Shown here: piece after piece, positions 26,704 to 39,292 of the stretch
Layout: every line of letters starts with the position of its first letter
Numbering within the stretch: position 1 is the stretch's first letter
DNA from: Octopus sinensis
Lineage: Eukaryota
Reading direction: 5' to 3'
Assembly: GCF_006345805.1 (NCBI RefSeq)
Contig: NC_043005.1
Location: 42,532,001 to 42,596,000 of the forward strand
DNA: 64,000 nt
The notes under the pieces: generated by a model
Seen by the model: the letters and a program-made list of their open reading frames with translations, nothing else
The model's database searches: none
Told to the model about the DNA's origin: nothing
Translations under genes and position numbers: made by a program

Positions 26704-27506
26704 TTGTCTCGCTGCCGTCTTTATATTGTTAAGGACAATCGGAAGTATTCACAATGATGCCAAACAATTCAACCGTCATCGAGCCAGAACATTATTTGCC
26801 GCCTCGGTTGTATAGAACATACTGAAATAACTAACAAACAACGGTGGGTTGATGTCAAGGTAAAAGATTTGTCTAGTGAAACAACCAACAACAACAACCA
26901 ACAACCAAACAGCCAACAATGAAGATTTCATAAGAGAGGGAAAAATAATCTATTTCGCCCATCTCCACCTCTTGTCAACAATCCGTTCTGCTTACTTGCC
27001 GATGATGGATTTATCATTCGAGGGTTTTAGCCTAAGGCTGTCAACCGCCACTGGGGTTTGACGGTGCGAGGCAGCAGTGAACTGAGTGGTGGTGGTGATG
27101 GTGGTGGTGGTAGGTGGTGGTGGGCTCGGCAATGAAAGCAGGGAAAGAATGTGGGTGGGGTGGGAGGGGGGTAAGAGTGTGAATGAGACGTGATGTTGTC
27201 AATCTTATTAGTTGCTGTTTCAAGTGAGTTGTTTAATAGACACCGAGAACGTGGTAAAGACGTTTGCTTAATGACCGGAAGCCATTGTAGTTGTAGTGAT
27301 ATATCATTTAAATCACCCATCCCTGTTAGTTGTACATGCTGAACCAACTGCTGCTGCTGCTGTTGCTGCTACTATTACCACCACTACCACCACCACCATC
27401 GCCACCACCACTACTGCTGCTACTACTACTACTAATAACAATACTAATATTACAACTATCACTGCTATAACTGCTACTACTCTTACTGCAGTTGCTGCTG
27501 CTGCTG

Positions 27507-27539
<33 letters not shown>

Positions 27540-28009
27540 ACTGCATCTAATACTAATGCTATTGCAGCTGCTGTTGCTGCTGTTGTTGCTGCTGCTTATG
27601 TCTCCTGATAATGTGGAAAATGCTTTTGCTGTTGTCACTGTTTTTCTTGTTACCATCAAGGTTTCATGAAACGCCAAAAACGTATTATCGTTGTTTAAGC
27701 ACAGGCCAACCCTGATTGACTAGAACATAATAACTAAAGCGTTCCAGCTGTGACCATCCTGCATGTTTCCTCCATTCATGGAACAACTCTGGTACTACGC
27801 ATTCAACTTTTGTCATTTCATTACGATTATATGCTGATTTAAAGGAGACATGATTGCTATTTCTAGCAAATGGAGTGACTACATCGTTACGTCTTCTTAG
27901 TGCATCAGACAACTCTGTTGCTTCTGCTCTTAATGCCGCAGTTGTTAGTGTTTCACCTATTATCTCGCGCTCATTTTTCATTCTTGATGATTTAGCTGCT
28001 GTGTCAAAA

Positions 28010-28300
<291 letters not shown>

Positions 28301-28361
28301 TATTGGGCTTCGTATATTTTACCCCAGTGTCACTTTGATGGCATGCACTGCTCTTTCACTC

Positions 28362-28405
<44 letters not shown>

Positions 28406-28891
28406 TAATAATATTTGTCTTGGTATAAAAGATGGGCCGCAGCAAATATTCTGCTGAATACCACAGATTTGCTTGTCAGTTGTTTGACCATAACCAGTTG
28501 AGCATGTCGCTTAGTGGCTGACGATACGTGCATTTCTGATCACGAACAGATGTAGTGGGGGAGCATCATAGCCATGTGTTGCGAGGGATTGTTTGGGGTT
28601 GAATATTTCCCCTCTGGAAACATGGGTGTTTCATTCAACATCCTTAAACAATCCTTATTCAGGTACTTTTTGAGCGGGATGGGTTACTCGACTAGAAGAA
28701 AATTCTAACTGGGCCCTCACCTGCAAGGTCATGTGCTGTTTATCTTGATATGAGATTACTATGTCGAGCACATATGGTTGTGATGCATGTGCCTAGTGTA
28801 CCCTTATCAGACGGGTAGTCATGATGGGTATACTGGACTTCGTATATTTTACCCCAGTGTCACTTTGATGGTGTGCACTGCTCTTTCATTC
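28301..28891 (+). mobile_element. Family D: 61-nt 3' stub (28301-28361) plus 5'-truncated copy (28414-28891) in (AAT)n
   Basis: Reverse complement of the 19.1-19.8 kb element, with the same 3' end followed by (AAT)n. Confidence 0.8.
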
Positions 28892-28903
28892 ATTATTATT
28901 ATT

Positions 28904-28978
<75 letters not shown>

Positions 28979-29307
28979 GCTACTATACTGCGAATCTTGA
29001 GCCGCACGATATAACGTTATCTTGTTTATTTATTCATTTTCTTATTTTTTCCTGTGACTTTAGTAAAATTTTACTACTACTACTCAGAGGTCGAGCGATT
29101 GCGTAGGAGACACTTTGTTAGCTGGTGGTGTTATAGTGAAAATAGTGCTGGTGAAATTATTGTTACAAACTCGTTCCTAGGGCTAGTGGTAATAGCAATT
29201 GCGGTGTCGAATCCGTTGATTATGTAAGACGTGGCTTTTATTCAGGAACTTCAACGATGCTGAGGTAATCATTTTTATTTCATCACTGTTTAATCAAAAT
29301 ACTGAAG

Positions 29308-29603
29308 GTGCAAAGCTCAGTGTTTAGACCGTCGGGCTCACAATCATGAGGTAGTTAGTGGATTCGAATCACGGACCGGGCTGTATGCTGTGTTCTTGAG
29401 CAAGACACTTTATTTCACATTACTCTAGTTCACTCAGCTGTGGAAATGAGTTCCGACGTCACTGGTGCCAAGCTGTATTGGCCTTTGCTTTTCACTTGGA
29501 TAACATCGGTGGAGTGCAGAGGGGAGGCTGGTATGCATGGGTGACTGCTGGTTTTCCATAAACAAATTGCCTGGACTTTAGCCTCGGAGGGCAACTTTCT
29601 AGG
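29308..29603 (+). mobile_element. SINE with tRNA head, CORE-like domain and a different tail
   Basis: GGTGCAAAGCTCAGTG...GATTCGAATCAC, then TGTGTTCTTGAGCAAGACACTTTATTTCAC...CACTCAGCTG, then a tail unlike family B. Confidence 0.65.
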
Positions 29604-31496
29604 TGCAATCCCATGGTAATCCATGACCGAAGGGGGTCTTTACTCTTTACCATTTTTTAATCATATTGCTGTCTTTAGCTAAAACACGACTACAATTAAC
29701 CCACTTTTAGTTAATGAACCACACCAGGAAATTAGTCCACAATGGGTTCAGAATAGGTTCTATAATAACAGTTTGTATCAACGCCTTCTACAACGACTCT
29801 TGTGACGCAGTAAAACCATCGTCTCCACAGATCAATAATTCTCAAAAAACTTTTTTTTTTCACCTATGGAGTCTTTTGATTCCTTTTTTTTTTTTTTACC
29901 TATGGAGTCATTTGACTCCTATTTTGCTCAGGCAGACTTCCATAGTCATTCAGTGACTTTAAAAAATCCTATTATGTTATAATTATATTAGCCCGACGCA
30001 TATACACACACACACACACACACACGTGTGTGTGTATTTGTACATTTGTTTGTACTCCACCACCACTTAATAACCAGTGTTGGTGTGTTTACGCCCCATA
30101 ACTTAGCGGTTCGTCAAACGACAACCAGTAGACTAAAATACCAGGCTTAAAAAATGAATGCACAAGGATAAAATTTGTATTTTTTAAAACTGTTTTTCTT
30201 CTTCCGTTATGTAGCCCGTCAGTAACGATTTCATGCGACTAGCTGAAGGGAAAGACGAAAGAAAAAGAGCGAAAGAAAGAGGAGAGAGAAAAAGAGGATA
30301 AGGTGACGCGTGAGAGAAAAAGAGAGAGTGTGTTGTGTATCAAGTCTATAAAATTATGCATAAAGTATATAAAGTGTATATATAAAATGCAATTAGTAAT
30401 CATCGTATTCCAATTTCTTTCACCTTTCAATGATTAGCAGATGAGCGACTATCTTTTGATACTGACACAACACAGGTTACGACTTCAGGTTGTTGAATAT
30501 AGTTTTCAGAAATAACCCAAGAAGTTTACCATTAATTCCGTGAAAATATTCGTGAGTCCTGCTAGTAAGTATTATTACATGAAAAAGGTAGGTTTGCTTC
30601 GTAAGAAAACACTTGAAGCTTAGCAACAAACAACAAATTCACCCAAAGAGAATTTTTCAACGCTAAACGTTTTTTTGCGATATTCTTACACATTTTGTAG
30701 TTATTATTGGCGCTGATGTTGTTTTTTTTTTTATTACACGTCAACCTTGAAGTAGCAGACTTACGAGTAAGCAAGAGATTCAATCGTAACCATCTCGCTT
30801 TTTCTTTAATATATTACATACAGGCGTTGATACAAACAGCTATTATAGAACCTATTAACGGCGGTGCATCAGCCGCAGCTTAGAGCTGAAACTACAGAAA
30901 GAAAAAAAATAAAGATAATTAGCTGCTATTTTTACCAGTTGAACGGACCATGCTATGGTTACTACATTCGGTTGTTGATGTTTTATATTGTCATTTGCTG
31001 TTACAGACTATTCTCAGACATGCTTATTATTTAGTGAACTGTGATGTGTGCGAAGTTACATGTACGCCAATGGAGGCTACTCGAACCTGCATCTCCTGGT
31101 CCAAAGCAATCTTTTAAATTTTTCTGTCCATTTTAGAAACTTCGTTCTTAACCGCCTTCGATTTTTTTCTGCCCCAAAGGGATTTTCAACCCAATATTTT
31201 CATACTATTATTTACAGCATTATGTGCTTCGAGATCCACTCTTCCAAAAGTAGAAATATTTCACGATTTCTTCAAAGTTTTAAAGTTCTTATAACGTCAA
31301 CAACATACAACTCGCTGTATTCCTAAAATGAATACAGACCTTCAAAGAATTGCTTTCGTCCGATGATAGGAAAGCGTGCCATGTTTACAAGAGATGCAAG
31401 TTCAAGTCTCACGGACAAGCTTTGACTTTTCTTGTCTAAAAGGGAATTTTCAGTTCAATATTCTATTATCTGTGTTATTTATATGAAGTAATATTC

Positions 31497-31531
<35 letters not shown>

Positions 31532-31646
31532 AAGTTTATATACCAACAGAATATGGTAGTCCTATAAAGGACGATGTTACTATTGTTTTAGCCCCAGGAA
31601 AACATTCTTTCCAGTTGGCTATCGGCACATAGCTTGTATCCGTATA

Positions 31647-31718
<72 letters not shown>

Positions 31719-32045
31719 TGTGAACATGTAAAAATAAACAGTTACCACCCCTCAGGTATTAGGAAACTATTTCGGCCGGCTTGGAATTTTGCCCCGTTTT
31801 TTCGGAAATTTAGAAAAGAAATAAAGAAAGAAAGAAACAAGAGAGATGCAAACATACATATAAATATGTATCGGAGAGTACTTGTAACTGCGCAAAATTG
31901 TGTTTGAACCTCTGCTGAAGAGTTAGTGAACTTCTGTGCCTGTTTTCCGTTTATTATGCTTTTTAACTTATATATACATACCAACCTACCTACCTACATA
32001 CATACATACATACATATATACATACATATATATATATATACATAC

Positions 32046-32093
<48 letters not shown>

Positions 32094-32132
32094 GTATATA
32101 TATATGTATATATATATACATATATCTATATC

Positions 32133-32185
<53 letters not shown>

Positions 32186-32186
32186 T

Positions 32187-32187
<1 letters not shown>

Positions 32188-32279
<92 letters not shown>

Positions 32280-32280
32280 C
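32188..32280. repeat. (GATA)n microsatellite
   Basis: Direct inspection. Confidence 0.95.
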
Positions 32281-32737
32281 AGATGGATGGATGGATAGAT
32301 GTGAAAATTATTCTGTCGAAGTGTACGTTCATGAATTGTCTCCTCCTCACCTTTAGGTCAACTCAGACAAAGCAGATGAATGATCGAAGTTATGTAGCCG
32401 TGTCTATCGATGTCTTTTTTTTTTTTTGCTTTTTGCTTTTTACCTATGATAACTGTAAAGATATTAGGCTGCCATTTCTAATATGGCAAGCAGCAATGTA
32501 GCAGCTTCCTCGCTGACATGAAACTAAATATCTATGATCAGGCGCATATACATAACTGATTCATATATTTGCGTGAAATTCTTCAAGGCGGTGCCCCAGC
32601 ATTGCTGCGGTCGAACAACTGAAAAAAAGATAAAAGATTTGGCGGGTATATGTCTGTATGTAACGTTGAATGAGTGTGTGCAGGCTTAGATCTGAAAGTG
32701 TTTATAGGTATGTGTACATATATATATATATATACAT

Positions 32738-32774
<37 letters not shown>

Positions 32775-32814
32775 CTTATAAATAAATAAATAAATATATA
32801 CATACATCATATAC

Positions 32815-32864
<50 letters not shown>

Positions 32865-32867
32865 TTT

Positions 32868-33606
32868 CACGGGGGTTGGACAAAATAATGGAAACACCTT
32901 AAAATTTCAAACAAATTTATTTTAATATGGGGTAGGTCCGCCTTTAGCAGTAATTACAGCTTGAATTCTACGAGGTATGGACTTATACAAAGTTCGAATT
33001 GCTTCCAAAGGGATTTTTGTCCATTCTTCAGCTAAAACAGTCTCCAGTTCTTCTAGTGATGGTGGAGGAAATCGACTCCTTACTTGTTTTTCTAAAATGC
33101 ACCATAAATGTTCAATAATATTAAGATCTCGGGACTTTGGTGGCCAGAAAAGATATTCAACTTTACCAGAATGTTCCTCGTACCATTCAGTAACAACTTT
33201 AGCTGTGTGAATTGGTGCATTATTATCCTGAATGATAGCGTTTCCCACCGAAAATAGTTCCACAACCACATGATGAACTTGATCAGATAAAATATGAAAG
33301 GAAACCATTGGGCCGACAGATTTCCAAGATATAGTCACCCCACCCCAGATCATCACAGATCCTCCTCCATGTTAAACAGTTAGAAGAAGGCAGTATGGGT
33401 CAAATGCTTCTTTTGGCTCTCTGTCCACACGTATACTCGGCCGGTGGTCGGAAATAAGGTAAAAGGTGACTCGTCCGGGAAAATAACATTATTCCACTGC
33501 TCTGGGGACCAATTCTGTAGGTTTTTACTCCACTCTAAACACTTTGCAACGTTTGTTTTTGAAAGCAGTGGTTTTCTGATTGCAGCCTTCTCGTGAAATC
33601 CGGTTT
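32868..33606 (-). mobile_element. Tc1-family transposase remnant with 3' TIR
   Basis: IFPDES (first D), HGGGSVMIWG, QDNNAPIH and WPPKSRDLNIIEHLW ... AKGGPTPY. A TIR-like CACGGGGGTTGGACAAAATAATGGAAACACC lies at 32868 next to (TA)n. Confidence 0.9.
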
Positions 33607-33954
33607 TGTGCCAAATTTTAAAGCTAATATGTATATCTAATATAAGGCGGGGAGCTGGCAGAGCCGTAATCTTTCCGGCATTTCGTTACAACTTTACGTT
33701 CTGAATTCAAATTCTGCCGAGGTCAACTTTCCTTTATGGGGTCGATGAAAGAAATACCAGCTTAGCACTGGGGCCATGTAATTGGCTTGCCTCTTCCTCT
33801 AAGATTTCAGACTTAATGTATATCTATTACAGAAGAGAAAAAAGATTTCAGACTTAATGTATATCTATTACAGAAGAGAAAAAAGAATTGCATGATTCAA
33901 ACGCTATGTCTCTCCTAAACTGTATTGCCGTATTGCGCGCGTGTGTGTGTGTCT

Positions 33955-34165
33955 GTGTCTGTCTGTGTCTGTCCCCACCACCATCGCTTAACAACCAATG
34001 CTGGTGAGTTTACTTCCCCGTAACTAAGCAGTTCGGATAAAGAGACCGTTAGAATAAGTACTAGGCTTACAAAGAATAAGTCCTGAGGTCGATTTGTTCG
34101 ACTAAACACGCTGCTCCAGCATGGCAGCAGTCAAATGACTGAAACAAATAAAAGAATAAAAGAAT
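33955..34165 (+). mobile_element. SINE A 3' half
   Basis: Matches the tail of the 17462 copy. Confidence 0.75.
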
Positions 34166-34190
34166 ATATATATACATACATATATGTATA

Positions 34191-34245
<55 letters not shown>

Positions 34246-34252
34246 AATAATT

Positions 34253-34336
<84 letters not shown>

Positions 34337-34559
34337 TATATATATATGCATATGTACACACACACACACACACACATGTAATATGCATATATGAGTACAG
34401 GACGTCACAGACCGAAAACAACATGAAATATGAAAACAAAGGAGTTAAATACATAAAGAACGACAGAAATAAATGAAAAATAGGACAAGTAACATCAAGA
34501 AAGACCCTTCATCAGTTGTCGACTGTCCATCTACTCTTCATTTCCACTTACCAACAACA

Positions 34560-35105
34560 TCGTTCCGGGTTCAGTCCCACAGCGTAGCGCCTTGGGCAAG
34601 TGAATTCTGCTATTGCCTCGGGTAGACCAATGGATTTGGTAGACAGAAGCTGAAAGAATCTCGTCGTGTATATACATATATGTGTCTCTGTTTGTCCCTC
34701 ATCACCACTGCTTGAAAACCGATGTTGGTGTGTTTACGTCCCCGTAACTTAGTGGTCCGGCAAAAGAGACCGATAGAATAAGTACTAGGTTTACGAAGAA
34801 TAAATCCTGAGGTCAATTTGTTCCACTACAAAAAAAAAAAACAGACGTTCTCCAGCATGGCCGCAAGCAAATGACTGAATCAAATAAAAGAATATATTTC
34901 TGTTTTGCCCACATGGGGCTAAACATAAAGTGGATAAACAAAGGGATTTAGTCGATTACATCGACCCCAGTGCGTAACTGGTACTTATTTAATCGATCCC
35001 GAAAGGCGAAGTCGAATTCGGCAGAACTTGAACTCAGAACGTAACAAGTGACGAAATACCACTAAGCATTTCACCCGGTGTGCTAACGATTCTGCCAGCT
35101 CACTG
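34560..35105. mobile_element. SINE A (34560-34893, +) tail-to-tail with SINE C1 (34893-35105, -)
   Basis: Family similarity. Confidence 0.75.
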
Positions 35106-35107
35106 CA

Positions 35108-35192
<85 letters not shown>

Positions 35193-35211
35193 CATACATG
35201 TATCTATCTGT

Positions 35212-35624
35212 CTCTGCACGCAATCGTGCAGTGTCCAGCAATTTCCCACCTGTGGGCTTATGTCGAACGACTGCTGTCACGTGTGGGACGAGTCGGTTTA
35301 TCAGCCGAGTCTATCGTTAATATCGTCACGCCTCCTTCCTTCAAACGGGAAGGAAGAGCTATTTTTATCATACTTGTGGCTATGGCGAAAGAATGTATCT
35401 GGTAGACGCGCCTGAAAGGATTAGAGACAAACACTTTCCTCTCTGGTCAATCTCTCATCAACTTCTTCAAGTATCACTTGAAGAAAAAAGTGAGAGTAGA
35501 GAGGCAAGTTTTGTCTAGTGAATGTTTTAAAAAAAGATGGGTGAATGTAGCAAGGATGGCACGTATGAATGACGAAGCCACCTTGACTATGATTCTATGA
35601 ACCGTAAAAATTAATACAGAGAGT
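35212..35624 (+). mobile_element. L1/Tx1-clade LINE ORF2 C-terminus, cut by a MITE at the left inversion breakpoint
   Basis: Frame 35214-35600 reads LHAIVQCPAISHLWAYVERLL...AMAKECIW*TRLK...FFKYHLKKKVRVERQVLSSECFKKRW...MIL*, with one internal stop. It fits the HxxxxC / AKxxIW / FxxRW pattern. Confidence 0.75.
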
Positions 35625-36511
35625 GGATCTTTTCAATTCTGAAGCCAGTTTTTTCAAATTTTTCCTACTGAACCAAACAATTTGAAACTTCGTATACTGG
35701 TAGAATGTGTCAAAAGTAAACTTAATTGTAAACCAGAATGAAAACGGAATTGTAACTTCTAAGTTTAACGTTGTTTAATAATTAGAATTTTAACCAATGA
35801 TATTCCGTCATTCGGCTTTATTTTATTTACTCCGTCTCGACCACCAATTTCGTGACGTATTAAACATCTTAAATGTAAACAAGCCGCATGTCTCCGTGAA
35901 ATCTCCTTCTAATTATTTAACGTACTCATGTTTCCAGGATCCTATAGTCAGCCACCTTCTAATAACAATATTTAAAACTAGTTAATAAGCCACATGTATT
36001 AAATTGAAAATGTTTCCATTCTGTTAGTACTTGCTTTCGTTTGCTTTTAAGAAGTGGCATCTCAGTGACGAGGCTTCTAACAAGATTTCGTTTTTAAGCT
36101 AATGCGTTTCATTTCACTTATTGTATTTATTTGTGCAAAAGGCAAGAATTTAATATTAAAAAAGCAAAGAGCTGGCAGAAACGTTAGCACGCCGGGCGAA
36201 ATGCGTAGCCGTATTTCGTCTGCCGTTACGTTCTGTGTTTGTTTACAGTTTTCCGAACGTTAGTACGTCACAAAAGCGCTTTCTACGTCACACTAATAGA
36301 ATGCAGTCAAGTTTTACACATGAAAACAAACAATCTGATTGGTTAAAATTCGCAGTTTTAATCTACGATTAAAGTCATAAAATAGATTTTTCTCAAATAA
36401 ACTAGTTCCAACCTGTGTCTTGTTTTGCTAGACTCTATCAGCATACGAAGTTTCAGAATATTTAGTTAAGTAGAAAGATCTGTGGTCCTGGCTTCAGAAT
36501 TGAAAAGATCC
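35625..36511 (+). mobile_element. MITE copy A (887 bp, 24-bp TIRs)
   Basis: TIRs GGATCTTTTCAATTCTGAAGCCAG and CTGGCTTCAGAATTGAAAAGATCC. Near-identical to the inverted copy at 47696-48574. Confidence 0.95.
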
Positions 36512-36596
36512 GTAATTCGTAATTATATGTGCGCATGTTCATGTATGTATGTATGTATGTATGTATGTATGTATGTATGTATGTATGTATGTATGT

Positions 36597-36643
<47 letters not shown>

Positions 36644-36930
36644 ACACATATATGTATGTGTATACAGTCAGAGAGAGAAGGAGAGAGAGAAGAGCCGAGA
36701 TGGTTGAGAACGTTTTTAGGCCTCGAAAGGATACAGAAAAGGCAAAGAAGAATTAAGCATTATTTTTGTCTTCGCTACTATATGGATGTGAGAGCTGTAT
36801 TACTTATAGTAGTCATATGAAAGGACTAAACCGATTTCACCAACATTTTCTCTTCCTTATACTGGTTATCCGATGGCAAATATAAGTGACGCCAAGTCCT
36901 CGAACGCAGCCAGTTTACCAATACAGAGTA

Positions 36931-37417
36931 AAGTGATCCCTCGCTACTTCGCGGTTCAACTATCACGGATTCATGACTTCACAGATTTTAAATATATATA
37001 TATATATGTATGAACGCCTAAAATTTTTTATTGAATCCATTAAAATATTAATAATAAATATTATTTCCTAGTCTAGGAAAATAACAAAAAAGCATATTCA
37101 GGGGTATTCAAACTTAAAACAGGCTGTGATTGGTGCAATGGAGAGAGACGACGAATCACATCTCTCTATTTTGTAATCTGACCCGTGTAACAGTAACAAT
37201 CTTTATTTTTTTAAAATTTAAAGTGTTATTGCTTAACAGTTGTCCTTGTTATTAATAGACGACTGTAATGGATGGGTTGTTAACAGAACAGGGAGTGTTT
37301 TAAAAGTCCAAGTACACGTTAAATAAATACTGTAAATATAGTGTCCCTACTTCGCAGAAATTCAGTTATCGCGGCCGGTCTCGGAACCTTTCTACCGCGG
37401 TAAAAGAGGGATCACTG
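36931..37417. mobile_element. pogo/Tigger-type MITE
   Basis: TA-(A)AGTGATCCCTCGCTACTTCGCGG ... CCGCGGTAAAAGAGGGATCACTG-TA. Confidence 0.8.
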
Positions 37418-37439
37418 TATGTAGTACTTAATCAACAAT

Positions 37440-37905
37440 TACTACCGAATGGTCAGGATAGAAGACGACCTGATCCCCAAGCAATTTCTGATTGGCGAGT
37501 TAGCCCAGATTAAAAGACCTGTACACAAATCAAAATTAAAGTGTTAGGTCAAAATTCTACTAAAAGGATGGGAAAGCCTCTCTCTAGATTGTTCATTGTG
37601 GAACAATACAGTAAAGGATGAGTGGCGGGAATTTGAACAAAGATGTAACGAGCATGAAAAGTTTAGGGGAAATCTTTGTAACGGCCTTGATATTAACTTG
37701 CTTGCGTATATTCCTACCTAGTTTGGTTTAACTTGTAACGAGTATGCATGGGTGGGCGGGCCTTGGAAGTCATCAGCGAAACCATAGAAACAGGAAAGTT
37801 GATAACTATACATTGCACGCTAATTCTACGTGCGGGGAGTCTGGAAAAGAATGTGCATCAGAAAGCAGTCTGAAGCGTCATATGAAATTTTCTCAAAACA
37901 ATACA
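37440..37905 (+). mobile_element. RTE-clade LINE C-terminal remnant with decayed C2H2-like fingers
   Basis: RMVRIEDDLIPKQFLIGELAQIKRP (RTE 'RIPKQLLYGEL' motif), then ...AGLGSHQRNH and CGESGKECASESSLKRHMK. Confidence 0.7.
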
Positions 37906-37912
37906 AACAATG

Positions 37913-38205
37913 TGGAAGCGCAATGGCCCAGTGGTTAGGGCAGCGGATTCGCAATTTCGATTCCCCGACCGGGCGTTGTAAGTGTTTATTGAGCGAAAAC
38001 ACCTAAAGCTCCCAGAGGCTCCGGCAGTGGGTGGTGGGCGACCCCTGTTATACTCTTTCGCCCCCAACTTTCTCTCACTCTCTCTTCCTGTTTCTTGAGT
38101 AAAGCTGCGATGGACTGGCGTCCCGTCTAGCTATGGGCAACACATACGCCACAGAAACCGGGAAACCGGGCCCATGAGCCTGGCTAAGCTTGAAAAGGGC
38201 GCATA
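37913..38205 (+). mobile_element. SINE with family-B head and an alternative tail
   Basis: GGAAGCGCAATGGCCCAGTGGTTAGGGCAGCGG head, B body to ~38095, then GATGGACTGGCGTCCCGTC... Confidence 0.7.
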
Positions 38206-38939
38206 TATAACATTTTTTTAATATACAAACAATACTATAACACTCACTTTACGAAGCATTGCCACTTCTATAACAAAAGAGCAGAACTGGAGGGTCACAC
38301 CTGTGCTGATCATGTTTAAGAGAATAACCAAACAATTGCATTAATCTAATTCAAGTTACAACCATCTTGTATACATGTACGTATATATGTATGTGCATAA
38401 GTCAATGTGTTTCTACATGTATGTGTGTGTATGCATCGTTTTGGTTTCCCACACCGCTTGACAAACTGTGCTGGTGTGTTTACCTTCCCTGGGTAACCGG
38501 TCCTATGAAACCTAGGACTCGAGTGAGATGTATATATGTATATATTTTTAGTCAGGAAGAAGGATATTAATCGAGACTTGTGGGAGGGAGTGAGGAAGGA
38601 TAATATCTAAACCGTAGAACTGGCCCGAATGCTTGTGACACAATAGACTTCGCTAAAGGCAACCAAGGGATCGAGTGTTGTTAAAACGGTTGACGAGTTA
38701 AGTATACTGCTCAAGTTGGATATGGCGAGATTTGAACTCAGAATGCTAAGATAAGGCGAGCTTTGAAGTCAGAGAGCTAAGAGCTAGATCAAATACCACG
38801 TGACAACCTGGCCGATGACCTTTCTTGCCTGCAAGCAAAGATGAGATCTTCCCACAAGCATGTAAATTGTTTTAGAGAAACGGATTCTTTTTTTTTTTAA
38901 ATGATTATTTATTTTCTTCGAGTATAACCAACAATTACC

Positions 38940-39292
38940 TTTTTTCTTTATTACCCACAAGGGGCTAAACATAGAGGGGACAAACAAGGACAGACAAAAG
39001 TATTAAGTCGATTACATCGACCCCAGTGCGTAACTGGTACTTAATTTATCGACTCCGAAAGGATGAAAGGCAAAGTCGACCTCGGCGGAATTTGAACTCA
39101 GAACGTAGCGGCAGACGAACTACGTCTACGCATTTCGCCCGGCGTGCTAACGTTTCTGCCAGCTCGCCGCCTTATTTTGTTTTCTTAAAAGGCAAAGTCG
39201 CCATCGGCAGAATTTGAACTCAGAACATAGGGACGGGCGAAATACCGCTAAGCATTTCGTCCAGCGTGCTAACGATTCTGCCAGCTCGCCGC
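38940..39292 (-). mobile_element. SINE C: extra head fragment plus full C1 inside one TSD
   Basis: 16-bp TSD ATAACCAACAATTACC at 38924-38939 and 39293-39308. Confidence 0.85.

Noticed and set aside
34500-34530. CTGATGA on the minus strand as a hammerhead
   Set aside because: No stem II closure or GAAA follows, so it is at most a truncated relic.
35797-35985. 62-aa ORF present twice (also 48214-48402) as a duplicated gene
   Set aside because: It lies inside the MITE copies and has no recognisable motif.
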